DNA of 63,634 bases, filler included, from Octopus bimaculoides (taxonomy: Eukaryota): NCBI RefSeq assembly GCF_001194135.2. It is 8 parts of 7 records of this genome, joined end to end, with 100 filler letters (N's around TTAATTAATTAA, not from the genome) between each part and the next. Parts side by side here need not be neighbours in the genome. Positions count along the whole stretch, not along the records: positions 7,265 to 20,199 come from NC_068981.1; positions 20,300 to 30,865 come from NC_068982.1; 6 more parts are not named here. The stretch is one strand, 5' to 3'. The position numbers were made by a program, and so were the translations under genes. Shown here in pieces: positions 13,156-24,568 of the stretch. The notes under the pieces are model-generated. The model was given only the letters and a program-made list of their open reading frames with translations. It had not been told where the DNA came from and ran no database searches. Numbering within the stretch: the first letter of the stretch is position 1; every line of letters starts with the position of its first letter.

Positions 13156-14400
13156 ATGGAAGACCTATTAGCTTCCATAGTCCAGTTGCAAAAGCAACAA
13201 GAAGAGCAGTAACAGGAATTGCAGAGGCAACTATTACAGCAACAACTACAACTGCAATCATTGAAAGTCCAAAAATTAGTTAAGTTCGATTTCGAACTCG
13301 ATTAATGAATTCATTTATAACTCAGACGAGGGAATAACGTTTGCATCGTATTACAGAATGTGCGAGGAAATTTTTAAGCAAGATTGCAAATCATAGTTGG
13401 ACGAACAAATATTGAGATTGCTATTGCGAAAATTAGCTCCGTTAGAGCATGAGCGTTGCTGTAATTTCATATTTCCCCCAAAAAACAAAACAATGAAATT
13501 TGTTTTAAAGAAACAATAGAATTACTGTCTAACATATTCGCTGATAAAACTTCTCTATTTAACACTCGAATGGAGTGTTGGAATATAACGATAAAAGAGG
13601 ATGATTATTTTATCACATACGCAGGAACAGTTAACAGGATGTGTGAAAGTTTTAAACTCAAAGAACTTATACCTGAGATGTTCAAGTATCTTATTTTCGT
13701 GCAAGGCCTTACAGCAAGCGAAGATCCAGAAATTCGAGCAAGAATTCTTTCTGAATTGGAACAAGCGAACCAATAAGAGAATTCGTATACGTAAAAATAA
13801 ATGGAATACTTATTAAACTTCAATTGGATGCTCGAAGTGATATTTCAAAATGGACGCATGGAAGGAAATAGGGAAACCTATGTTGAGAAAAACAGCGAAA
13901 TCTGCTCTTAGCGTGATGGGCGACAAATTACATTTCATGGGCGAAATGTGGACTAATGTCACATTTCGAAGGAAAGCATGCAAAGCGAAAGTCTTCGTCG
14001 TTAAACATGCAACTGATCTGTTTGGTTCTGATTGGTTAGAATTATTCGATTTATGGGACCTCATCATAAATCTTTATCGTTAAAACGTAAACGGTTGTCC
14101 CTCTATAAATAATTCGTCTGAAGAGTTACAGAGAAAAATTTTTTTAAATGCTTCCGCAAGTACTCTCGGACAAACTAGGTCTATGCATAAAGACTGAACG
14201 CCCATGGTCAAGGATACATATCAACTACGCCGGACTAGTGAACGGTGCATACTATCCAATCGTTGTGGATATCTATGCGAAAAATTAGAAACGTTCATCC
14301 ATTTTTGAATATTCAGTCAAGAGGAACATTCTTCCATGTTGACGAAATATAAACTGAACCGTTTACGCTATACTTGCTCTTCAAGAATACTATTTTGCAC
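13156..14400 (+). pseudogene. Decayed gag-protease (and start of pol) of the LTR element
   Basis: MEDLLASIVQLQKQQ...INEFIYNSDEGITFASYYRMCEEIF...LRLLLRKL...FNTRMECWNI...FKYLIFVQGL is gag-like. xDAWKEIGKPML...VFVVKHATDLFGSDWLELFDLW is the protease C-terminal half. Many stops and frameshifts. Confidence 0.75.
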
Positions 14401-14559
14401 AAAATATAGGCATCCATGTCGGAATACAGAACAAGTGCCGAGTGAATAAGGAACGAAGGCGAATGCACTTCTTTCTTTTTTTTCTGATAAACGCTTTTTG
14501 CATTATATGAACGACTAGAAACCGAATTTTATTAGAAGAGCAATTAATCTTATTGTAAA

Positions 14560-17500
14560 TAGAGTGAGTGTTTTTTTTTATTTTTCCTTTTATTTTTTAC
14601 GATTTGGGACAAGTCCTGAAGCAAGCTGAGCATTGACGATCCGTGTTGACTGTTAATGCATAGACCTACGACAACCAATTTGGCTGACCTAGACCTAAAG
14701 CCGACAGAGACAAAAATAACGAGTGTACAGAAAGCAGCTGGAACTAGGAGAGGTTTTGCTTTAAACCAAAGCGGTAGCAAAACTAGTACTAGCAAAAAAA
14801 AACTGTTGCAGGGGAGAAGTTGGAGACCCAGATTACTGCTGAAGGAACTGGATGGGTCCAAACAAAAGAACCAAGCATTTGCAACATATGTGAGGAAGAA
14901 GTAGAGGATAAACAGAGGTCGGTTGGCTGTGAGTTGTGTCATGCTTGGTACCACGGAAAATGTGTGGGTTTTGGCGAATCACTGTTCAAGGCAATCAGAG
15001 CAGAAGCAAACCAAAGGAAACAGGAATCTGGCCTCAATTGGTATTGTCCCAAACCGTGCAATAAGCTAACCAGGAAGTTCCTCCTTAGATTTGGCATGAT
15101 GGAGGATAGAATGGACTCTCTTGAGAGTGAAATGAAGGAAACGAAGAATTCAGAAGATTGAAGCGGGAGAATTCCCACCTAAGATGGTAGAAGCAGTGAA
15201 GACATTGTGAGCGCTAGGAGTTGCAGCAAACCAAACGTCGGGAGCAGAAATGAATAAAAATGACATTGAGAAATTGATGGAGGAGAAAGCTAGAGAACAA
15301 AGAGAGGAGTCGGAAGACAGAGCACGAAGGAGTAAAAACTTTGGTCATATTTGGATTGGATGAACCAACTATGGAAGACAAAGAGAAAAGAAGACAGGAA
15401 GATGTTGGCATTGTAAAGAGGTTCATGAAAGAGATTGACTGCTGCTTGGATAGCCTGCATGACCCCAAAGATGTCCGCAGATTTGGAAACCTCGTAGTAG
15501 CAAAACCAAAAGCAAAGAATCCTAGATCACTGAGGCTTTCGTTCTCCAACCAACATTCCAGGGATAAAGTTCTCCAAGCTTTCTGGAAAGTTAAGAAAGC
15601 AGCAAATAAAAAAAAACCAGATGAAGAGGATGAACCCAAGCTGATCAGAAATGTCAGTACGAGAAAAGACAGAGAGGAAAGAGGAAGAAGCACTCTTCAA
15701 GGAGCTCAAAGAGAAACAAGATCAGGCCAAGTAGTCGGGGGGCGACACAGTGAAGTGGGTGCGCAGAAATGGCAAAGTGGTGAACATCGGGAAATACCGG
15801 AAGCCACCAAAAGAGGAGGAGGGCAATTAGACAGAATAAACGGAAAGTGTGTAGATAATTTTAAATCATCCTGCAGCAGGGACCGTTGTAAAATTATTGA
15901 CAAAAGACCAAATGTATATATGCTGAATAGCCCTAGCTCAGTTACCTGCCTATATACAAATGCTGACAGTCTTCTAAATAAAAGGACTGAATTAGAGGCC
16001 ATGATAGAGATACATAAGCCTGTAGTGATGGGGGTTGTGGGGATTAAACCAAAGAACTTGGGATTTGACATCCAAGAGAGTAAAATCTCCATTCCGGGAT
16101 ATGAACCATTTCACAACCTTGAGAAAAGAGGACGAGGAATATGCTTATATGTCAAGAGTGAGATGAGACCCTCCTTGAATGGTGATTTAGAGACGGACTT
16201 CGAAGAGTGTGTATTCGTAGATTGTAAACTATGTGAAGAAACTACAACAGTTGGATTGTTCTACAGGAGCCCAAATACAAGCTCAGAGGAAAATAACGAG
16301 AGTCTAAACAGATTGCTATTAAATGTGGCAGACAAGAAACCTCAATATTTACTGCTAATCGGCGACTTCAACTACCTCGATATAAATTGGGAACAAGACA
16401 GGAGTCTGAAAGGTGAGAACCATGCAGCGAGCAAATTCTTCAAGGCGACAAAGGAATCAGTCCACGCATACTTTCCGAGCTATCGGATGTACTCGCTCTG
16501 CTAATCACAATTATCTACAGAAAATCAATGAAGACAAGCAAAATCCCAGACGAGTGGAAAACTGCTAACGTCACCCCAAATTCAAAAAAGGGAGCCGTTT
16601 TGCGGTCAACAACTACAGGCCGGTAAGCTTGACCTGCGTACTGTGCAAGGTGATGGAGGTGCTTGCACGTGAGCACGTCATCGAACACCTGCGGCGAAAC
16701 GACCTCATCAACCAAGAACAGCATCGGTTCACACAGGGGAGATCATGTGTGACGCAACTGCTTGACGTTCTTGACATCTGGACGGAGGCCTTGGATTCAG
16801 GGGGAGGAGTCGATGCGATCTACACGGATTAAATGAAAGCGTTCGACAGCGTCCCACATCGTAGGCTTGTAGCCAAAGTAGAAGCTCACGCTATCAAGGG
16901 AAATGTCCTTCAGTGGATCCAGGACTTCTTGAGCCACCGGTCACAACGAGTCTGTGTCAACGGCGTGAAGTTAGAGAGGAGAGAGGTGACAAGTGGCATC
17001 TCATGTATATAAACGATCTGTCTCGGCATATCCAGAGCCACGCCAGGTTATTTGCTGACAACACAAAGATCTTCGCAAGGAATGACGTTGATGTGACCAT
17101 GGCAACGCTGCAAGACGACCGGGATCGCCTTCACGAGTGGTCGACGAACTGGCAAATGCGGTTCCATCCCGAGAAGTGTTCCGTTTTGAGAGTGGGGAAC
17201 CCGAAGACGGACAAGAAATACTACATAAGAGGCCCGGATGCACAGGGGGAATAGACTGTGGTGGAGCTAGCAGAAAGTGAGGTGGAGGGGGATCTTGGCA
17301 TTTTGATCGACAAAGAGCTGACCTTCAGGAACCAGATAAACCAAGCAACTGCAAAAGCAAATCGAATCCTTGGAGTCATCCGACGATCATTTGACTTCAT
17401 CATCCCTGTTGTCTTTGTCCAGCTGTGCAAGTCTCTGGTTCGCCCGATTTTTTAATATGGACACACAGTTTGGCAACCCCGGCATAAGGCAACGTGTTGC

Positions 17501-17766
17501 GAGTTGGAGGATGTTCAGAGGCGTGCCACCAAACTCATTGCATCCTTGAAAGAAATGCCATACCCAGAGCGCTTGGCTGCACTAAACCTGCTTAGTCTCG
17601 AACATCGCCGTCTCAGGGGAGGACATGATCAACATGTATAATAAGTATACGCACGGCCTGTACCTGACCAACCGCCCCCAATTCAACTACTTCCAAGGCA
17701 GAAATACGAGAGGACACAGCCTGAAATTGGAAAGATCACACAACAGGCTCAACATTAGAAGCTGCT
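14560..17766 (+). mobile_element. CR1-type LINE (PHD-finger ORF1; APE endonuclease and RT ORF2), defective
   Basis: PHD finger CNIC...GCELCHAWYHGKCV...WYCPKPC (14820-15161). APE motifs LYTNADSL, GLFYRSPN and LLIGDFN. RT motifs NYRPVSLT, KAFDSVPH, FADNTK and [10 protein letters not shown]. Deletions after the endonuclease (about 16460) and at PQGSVLGP; 3' end truncated at the LTR. The 5' boundary is approximate. Confidence 0.92.
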
Positions 17767-17770
17767 ATGT

Positions 17771-17971
17771 CCGAGTAAAGTATAAGTAGTAATGATCCGA
17801 GTGAGTTCAAAGTTCAGAGTTCGGAGTCGAGTGAAGTTCTTGTTCGCAGTGAAGTCGGAAGGTGTTGGTTGGTTACTTCACAAGGGAGATTGACTATTGT
17901 TAGTTTGTTATATTGTCTTTACTGTTGTCTGGTTATCGCATTTATTGTACGTAACAAATTACGTTGCAACA
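17771..17971 (+). repeat. 3' LTR lacking its first ~46 bp
   Basis: Aligns to 12895-13111 at roughly 85-90% identity by eye, with one indel. Ends CAACA followed by the TSD. Confidence 0.9.
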
Positions 17972-20299
17972 GCTGGTGTAGACTATACCTTCTTTCTCTG
18001 CATTCTAGTGTTTCACACGTATATAAATGCGCGCGCGCACGCACATAAGCTCTCACACACACAACTGGTCGTAGATAGAGACGATACTGATGAAGATGAT
18101 GATGATGATGATGATGATTATCATCATCATCATCATTATCATTATCATAATCCAAAAGATTCACTTCTGCTTTGGAGAAACTGTCTGGCAGTGGGATTAC
18201 AAGAACATTTGACAGGAATTAACGAGCAACCAAAAACCTATTCCTATCCAACCTTCTTTCATTTCTGTCAATCTAGATTTTTCTGTTTTATTTTCATGAT
18301 TTATCAATAAAAATATGAATCATTAGAGTAAGGAACCAACAGCTGTTAGCGATCTTCCAGTCCGTGTTCACTTTAATTGACAAACTCTGAAACATGAACC
18401 ATCAACAAATGGACAAACGTTGCCAGTCACGGCCAACATTTGCAATTTTCACTGAATTTTGTCAGCAAGAATTTGTTATTGTAATAGTTGTTGTTATTGT
18501 TGTGTCGTTGATGCTGTGAGTAAAAGATTCACTGATATACAACGTTAATTAAGCAGAGACTGGCGAGCTCGGTAAGAGTTGGGAAAAAAAAGTAATCAAA
18601 TGAAAGTCAATAAAATTAATTAGATTCAATGTTACCAAATAAAAAAAAATTCAAATCCATCAAATTGCAGAAGAAACCAACTCATCTTAGTTGATGTAAT
18701 AACACTTTTTTTATATTCGAACCAAGAATGTAAAGCTAGAATTGTGGTTTTGGGAAACTTGAAGCAATTTTGAATACTGACGGAATTTGCTACACACTTA
18801 ACACACAGGAGTAAAATGTCATTCTAACCCTTAAATTCATAAGAGTAAGACTATTCCATTGATGTACATTGCCATATAATTGTTTGATTCCCAATGTTGA
18901 GTGGTTTTTAGTCCAATTTTTATTTAGACTGCGGTAGTTCGGGTTGTCCTTTCTAGTTACTTTTCAGAGAAAATGTTTCCAATTAACAAACCTAATGTTC
19001 AAGGCCTTGAGATTATCTTATGTGACGTCATGCAATCTCTTTTTTTATTTGCTCTGGGGACGCTGATCAAGAACTAATTCACCATAAAGTCTTTAGAGGT
19101 CTATGACCATCAAGACGGATGACACAAACATCCTGTTTCATAGGGTATTTGATGAGGCGAGCTTCCATACAAAACACAGATCTCCTATTTTCACATTTCT
19201 GTATCAAGTGTAAAAAGTTTATTACTGATGTTTAATAAACAACTCAGACACTTCCGGTGAAATCTCGAATATTTTAAAGTGTCTTTATTCTGCTGTCCAT
19301 GTCTCAGATAATTTGTTGGCGAAAACATCATAAATGCGAAACTTGGTGGAAATTGTCAAAATCTCTCTCTCTCTCTCTCTCGCCAGATCAGTTTCCCGAG
19401 GGTCTTCTCTGCAACAGAACCCTAACCCTAATCCTTATACAGACCTCTATGGATCCATCCTTGTCTTCGGGGATGGTACTAGGGAGATCTGAGCTACACA
19501 AAAATTATCTACGATATCAAATCTGTTCCTTTAAACAATTGTATTTGGTTCCACATGCACCACATCTCGAACAGGTGTAAATTTCACCAAATTATTTTTC
19601 AGGTTAATTAAGCTCAGACTAAAAGTAGCTCAGACACAAGGGAGGAGGTTCATTATTGTCTGAAAATCTTGTTCCAATATTTTTTCTTCCAAAATGAGTG
19701 GAAATCGAACCGGTGAGTGTGTTCGATAATAAGGCCTTAAGACAATATCACTCTCCCAAGATACAACAGTGCATGGAAAGACGCTAGCACATTCGTACAA
19801 TGGTTGAACACCGCATTGATGCTAGGAAAGTCCAAAATTCTTCAAAACCAACCTCCTAACAATTCTACAGCACTAGAATTGGCTGCAAGAACTATGTAGC
19901 TCGAGCGTGTAATAAAGTGATAAAAGATGGTAAAACATGTATATATGGCATTATATCATTTTTATCATTTACAAGGGATTTTATATAAACATTACCATAA
20001 ATATGATTAGCGAAGCAAAAATATATTCCTTTATAGTCCTTTATTTTTTTGCTTCACTAGTTATACATGGCTTTGTTTAGATAACGTCCTTTGTAAATGA
20101 TATAATGTCATACATACGTGCTTTATTATTCCTTATCTTGTTTTATGTAGATGTATGTATGTATGTATGTATGTATGTATGTATGTATGTTTATATATAN
20201 NNNNNNNNNNNNNNNNNNNNNNNNNNNNNNNNNNNNNNNNNNNTTAATTAATTAANNNNNNNNNNNNNNNNNNNNNNNNNNNNNNNNNNNNNNNNNNNN

Positions 20300-20587
20300 C
20301 CTGTAGGATTTTCGAGCGAGATCGTTGCCAGTGCCCCTGGACTAGCTTGTGCGGGTGGCACATAAAAGACACCATTTCGAGCGTGGCCGTTTTCGTGCGG
20401 GTGACACGTAAAAGCACCCACTACACTCTCTGAGTGGTTGGCGTTAGGAAGGGCATCCAGCTGTAGAAACTCTGCCAAATCAGACTGGAGCCTGGTGTTG
20501 CCATCCGGTTTCACCAGTCCTCAGTCAAATCGTCCAACCCATGCTAGCATGGAAAGCGGACGTTAAACGATGATGATGATGATGATG
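20300..20587 (+). mobile_element. SINE 3' portion ending in (GAT)n
   Basis: Ends GGAAAGCGGACGTTAAAC(GAT)6. Identical copy at 39471-39701; diverged relatives at about 45070-45440 and 46960-47160. Confidence 0.8.
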
Positions 20588-20920
20588 AAATTAAATAATA
20601 CCGGTATTATTCAACCCAAGAATAACAATCAGGAAGTGCGTACTTTAAACTTGTTACACAAAAAGTACGAAAAACTACACGTGCAAAACAATTTGACAAC
20701 AGAAATGAACGGAACGGTACCCTACGAAAATGATGACCATCAAAATAAAGGGCCGGACGTTGATCCTCATGTCCCGCAAATAAAACCAAAAAGACATAAA
20801 TGGACACATGAGGAATATATTTCAATCCTACATGCTTATTTTACAGCAGTGCTCTACCCAAAGAACGAAAACGCAACAACACATACATATAAGATATGGA
20901 AGAAAAATAACCTAAATAAA

Positions 20921-23186
20921 TTTCCTACATACCAATTAGACCACCCACTCCACCCACCCTCAACTAACCAAGAACTCAACCACAAACTATCCAGATTGAA
21001 ACAGTCTATCTCCAACATCTTAAGGAAGGAATCGAAAATAACCCCAAACTTAGCCAAGGCACAACTTAAAATACTGACTAAACTAAAAAACAAAAACCTT
21101 GTATACTTACCATCAGATAAAGGGAAAGAAATCTGCGTGATTTCTCATGAAATATATAATAGACTGGCACAAGAACATTTATGCAATGACAGACTATATT
21201 CTGAAGTGACAGATATAACTGCGACCAGGATTGAGGACCGAATTAATACCGCATGGATGGACATCTGTAGACAGAGACAAATACATAGTAAATCCAAGAA
21301 CAACTTCATCACAAAGAACAGTAGATTACCCAGATTTTATCACCTCATTAAAACACACAAGAATAGCAACACAATCCAGATTAGACCCATCGTCTCCAGT
21401 GTGGAAGGACCTCTATATAAAATATCCTGGTTACTTCCTCACATCCTGAAACCCATACTCTCCACCTTTCCGGGACACGTCAAGAACTCCGACGAAGTCA
21501 TCAAAAGACTGCACCAATTACCCATAGACCAACTCAGGCAAAACAGATACGCCTTTAGTCTTGACATTGTCTCAATGTACACAATTGTACCATTACACTC
21601 AGTGGTCAACCTATTGACGGACTGCATAACGTCCAACATCCAATGCTTTGGACCACAGCTGATATACACCAACTTTTGTCCATCATCGTGGACAACACCT
21701 ACTTCGCTTTCCAGGACCATATATACAAACAGACAATAGGTCTCCCCATGGGATCCAGTCTCTCGGGCCTACTAGTCATTACTTATATGAACGATCTGGA
21801 ACGTTGAGCACTCCAACATCTGCTGCTCATGCGCCTTCTTCACCAGGTATGTAGATGACAACCTCATACTCACAACCTTCCGTGAAGAGGCTGAGAGAAT
21901 ATTCACGATGTTCAATAACATGGACATGAACATAAAGTTCACTATAGAACATCCCAACATCACTGGATCACTATCATTACTTGACTTCAAACTGAATATA
22001 ATGGAAGAAGGAGAGATCCACACTGAGTTCTACAGGAAGGCAGCCAGTAGAGATATGTTTGTCCAATACAATTCAGCACTTCCACTCAGTGCCAAAATAG
22101 GATACGCCAGAAATGAACTTGCACGCATCCAAGGCAAGTGCAGCAGAATGGAGGACAAGGTAACCCACACTGCACGCTTCCTAGATATATTGAAAACCAA
22201 TGGGTATCCTAGATCCATTGTAAATCAGCTTAAGTACCCAAGACAGCCAACACGTCGAACACATAAAAAACCCAGCAACGCATGCTTCCTTAAAATACCC
22301 CATTTTAGCGAGAGGATAACTACAGCCATAAGAAGAGAAGGGCTAGACATACAACTGGCCCCTCTCTGAGAGAACACCTCACAAAGAAACGAATAAGGGA
22401 CAACAATCAATGCACATTAATAAATTGTCCCATCCATGACACAGATTTATGCCAACGGGTAAATGTTGTGTATAGAATACAATGTAACAAATGCAACAAG
22501 TTCTATGTGGGTAGCACAACAAGACCGTTACATGTCAACATCAAAGAACATCTGAACACGAGAGCCTCCTCTTTCAAAAAACATCTAGACAGATGCTGGA
22601 ACACTGACAAAAGTATAACAGTCACAATTGAGGCCAATGAAAGAAATTTGGGTAATTTAAGAATTAAGGAAGCTTTACTCATACACAGACTAGGACCCCA
22701 AATTAACAACAGGCTGGAGGTTGGTAATCAATATATTATTTAGCTACATCTGGATGTGTGTAGGTTTATACTTAATAACATGCCCATGTATTGTTTATAA
22801 CAAAAGAAAGAGGAAAAAAAAGAAGGGGAAAAAAGAAAGAGAAGCTGCACATATAACACATAACTTAGAAGCAGCACTACAGATGTACTAACATACAGGA
22901 GATTGAAACATAGCCGACCTCACACACTTCTCATGAGGAATTCCGGAAGGAGTTTCATGAGACCACTACTGAGACACTTCCGGTAAAAAAAAGAAAAGCC
23001 GTTAGTAAACAGTTTATAACAAAGACTCCATCTAAGAATATCTGAAGAAGGAATTGTATTCCGAAATATCATCGGACTATAGATAACTAAATTACAACAG
23101 GTATATAGTCCATTTTTTGTACCATTCAAAACTTTTTATTCTTTACAAACAATACTCAATGCTTCAAATGAACTACAATACTTTCC
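20921..23186 (+). mobile_element. Penelope-like element (RT plus GIY-YIG), pseudogenised, with 13-bp TSD
   Basis: Motifs LPSDKG, PRFYHLIKTHK, RPIVS, SLDIVSMYT, GLPMGS and RYVDD (about 21846). GIY-YIG region VYRIQCNKC..FYVGST.R..KEH...IKEALLI at 22468-22743. TSD TAACCTAAATAAA at 20908-20920 and 23187-23199. Confidence 0.92.
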
Positions 23187-23568
23187 TAACCTAAATAAAG
23201 ACTTGGATACAGCAATGAACCCTAATAAACTAGCTAACATATGAAGATATATTCTCAAAACAAAAAAGAATATCAGAAATAGAAATAGAACAATTAAAAG
23301 GAAAAGTACATCAGGAAAATGTAGATAGTAGCCACACAACAATGCCAAATAATATAAACACTGAGATAGTAAAACACAAAGACAAATGTAACATTTCCAA
23401 CAAAAACGAAGTAAACAAAAAACAACAAACCCAGATGGTAGGGATGTATAATAATGTACAAAAAGCACCAATCCAGAACACCACAGACAAACATATGAAT
23501 GAAAAGGAAGGCGAAACAAATCTAAAACCTGGAAACAGTGAAGGGGAACCTAATGATTATGATACTAT

Positions 23569-24568
23569 TGTAGCCTACTTCTCTCTCTCTGTTATATATA
23601 CATGGATGCAAACGTAGTGGATAACAGCTAGCCTTCGGCCGCATCTTTGGACCCTGTTGTGTCCACCACTCTGAGTGGTTGGTATTGACGCATTTTGTCT
23701 CCTGTTCTGTTGCGCACCAAGGTGCACCCCAACCAATTGCAGCCTTCAGATAAGGTCACATGAGACAGCCTTTTCTGAAACCCAGTTGAGCTGACAGTAT
23801 GGTATAAATAGCTAGTTTTTCACCGTCCCGTTTACCAGTGTACTTCAGACCTTCTGAAGTCTAGCCGCTGACCACAGAGCACTCAACTAGTTCCAGTGAC
23901 GACAGCAACTTCATGGAGAACACCAACACTTCGTTCAGCATTCAGGACACTTCATCTACATCACCACCATCGTCTTCTTGACTACACCAACTTCTCTACG
24001 TACACACCACCAACAGCACTCGCACAGGTTCTCTCAACACTGTTTGTGAATTACTTCACCATGGTTAACAGCAAGTACAACCTGCGAGACATCCTGTACT
24101 AAGTAACCACCGCAGCATTGAAGCCTCAACTTCTCATGACATGTGCTTTCTCCTTCGGCTCTGCCTTGCCACCACAACTTCTTGTTACAGCACCTCAACT
24201 ACTGTGTACCTTGAATACGAACTGGTATTTTCCATCCTTGTGCCTGGACTTTCTTCTAACGTCCTTATAGACTCTTTCCTATGCTCTGTATTTCTCGCAC
24301 ACACATCCACACATGTTTGTATACACATATACTTTGTTTGCATGATGGCCTGTCTATTATTGTGTTTATATGTCACACTCACACACACAAACACACGTTG
24401 ACATATCAATAAAACCTTCTCTTAAACCTTCTACCAGTTGTGTCTCTCTTTTCCTTCTTGGCACTTATACTCATTTAACCTCTTTTCATGTTTTTTATTT
24501 GTAGCGACTGTGCGATGTGCTAAAGGAGCCATTCCTCATCACCATCTCCTGGTCGCATGGTCGTTACA
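23569..24568 (+). mobile_element. Solo LTR, 1000 bp
   Basis: TGTA...TACA termini, TSD CTAT at 23565-23568 and 24569-24572, TATAAAT at about 23803 and AATAAA at about 24408. Removing it restores the R4 reading frame (DYDT-IKMRII). Confidence 0.88.

Larger units (their letters stand above)
12849..17971 (+). mobile_element. Gypsy-like LTR retrotransposon with a nested CR1-type LINE
   Basis: Starts TGTTG at 12849 and ends CAACA at 17971. 5-bp TSD GCTGG at 12844-12848 and 17972-17976. Direct repeats at both ends and a PBS-like TGGCGAC after the 5' LTR. Confidence 0.92.

Noticed and set aside
19418-19435. Interstitial telomere (AACCCT)n
   Set aside because: Only 2-3 imperfect units, which is common inside small repeats.
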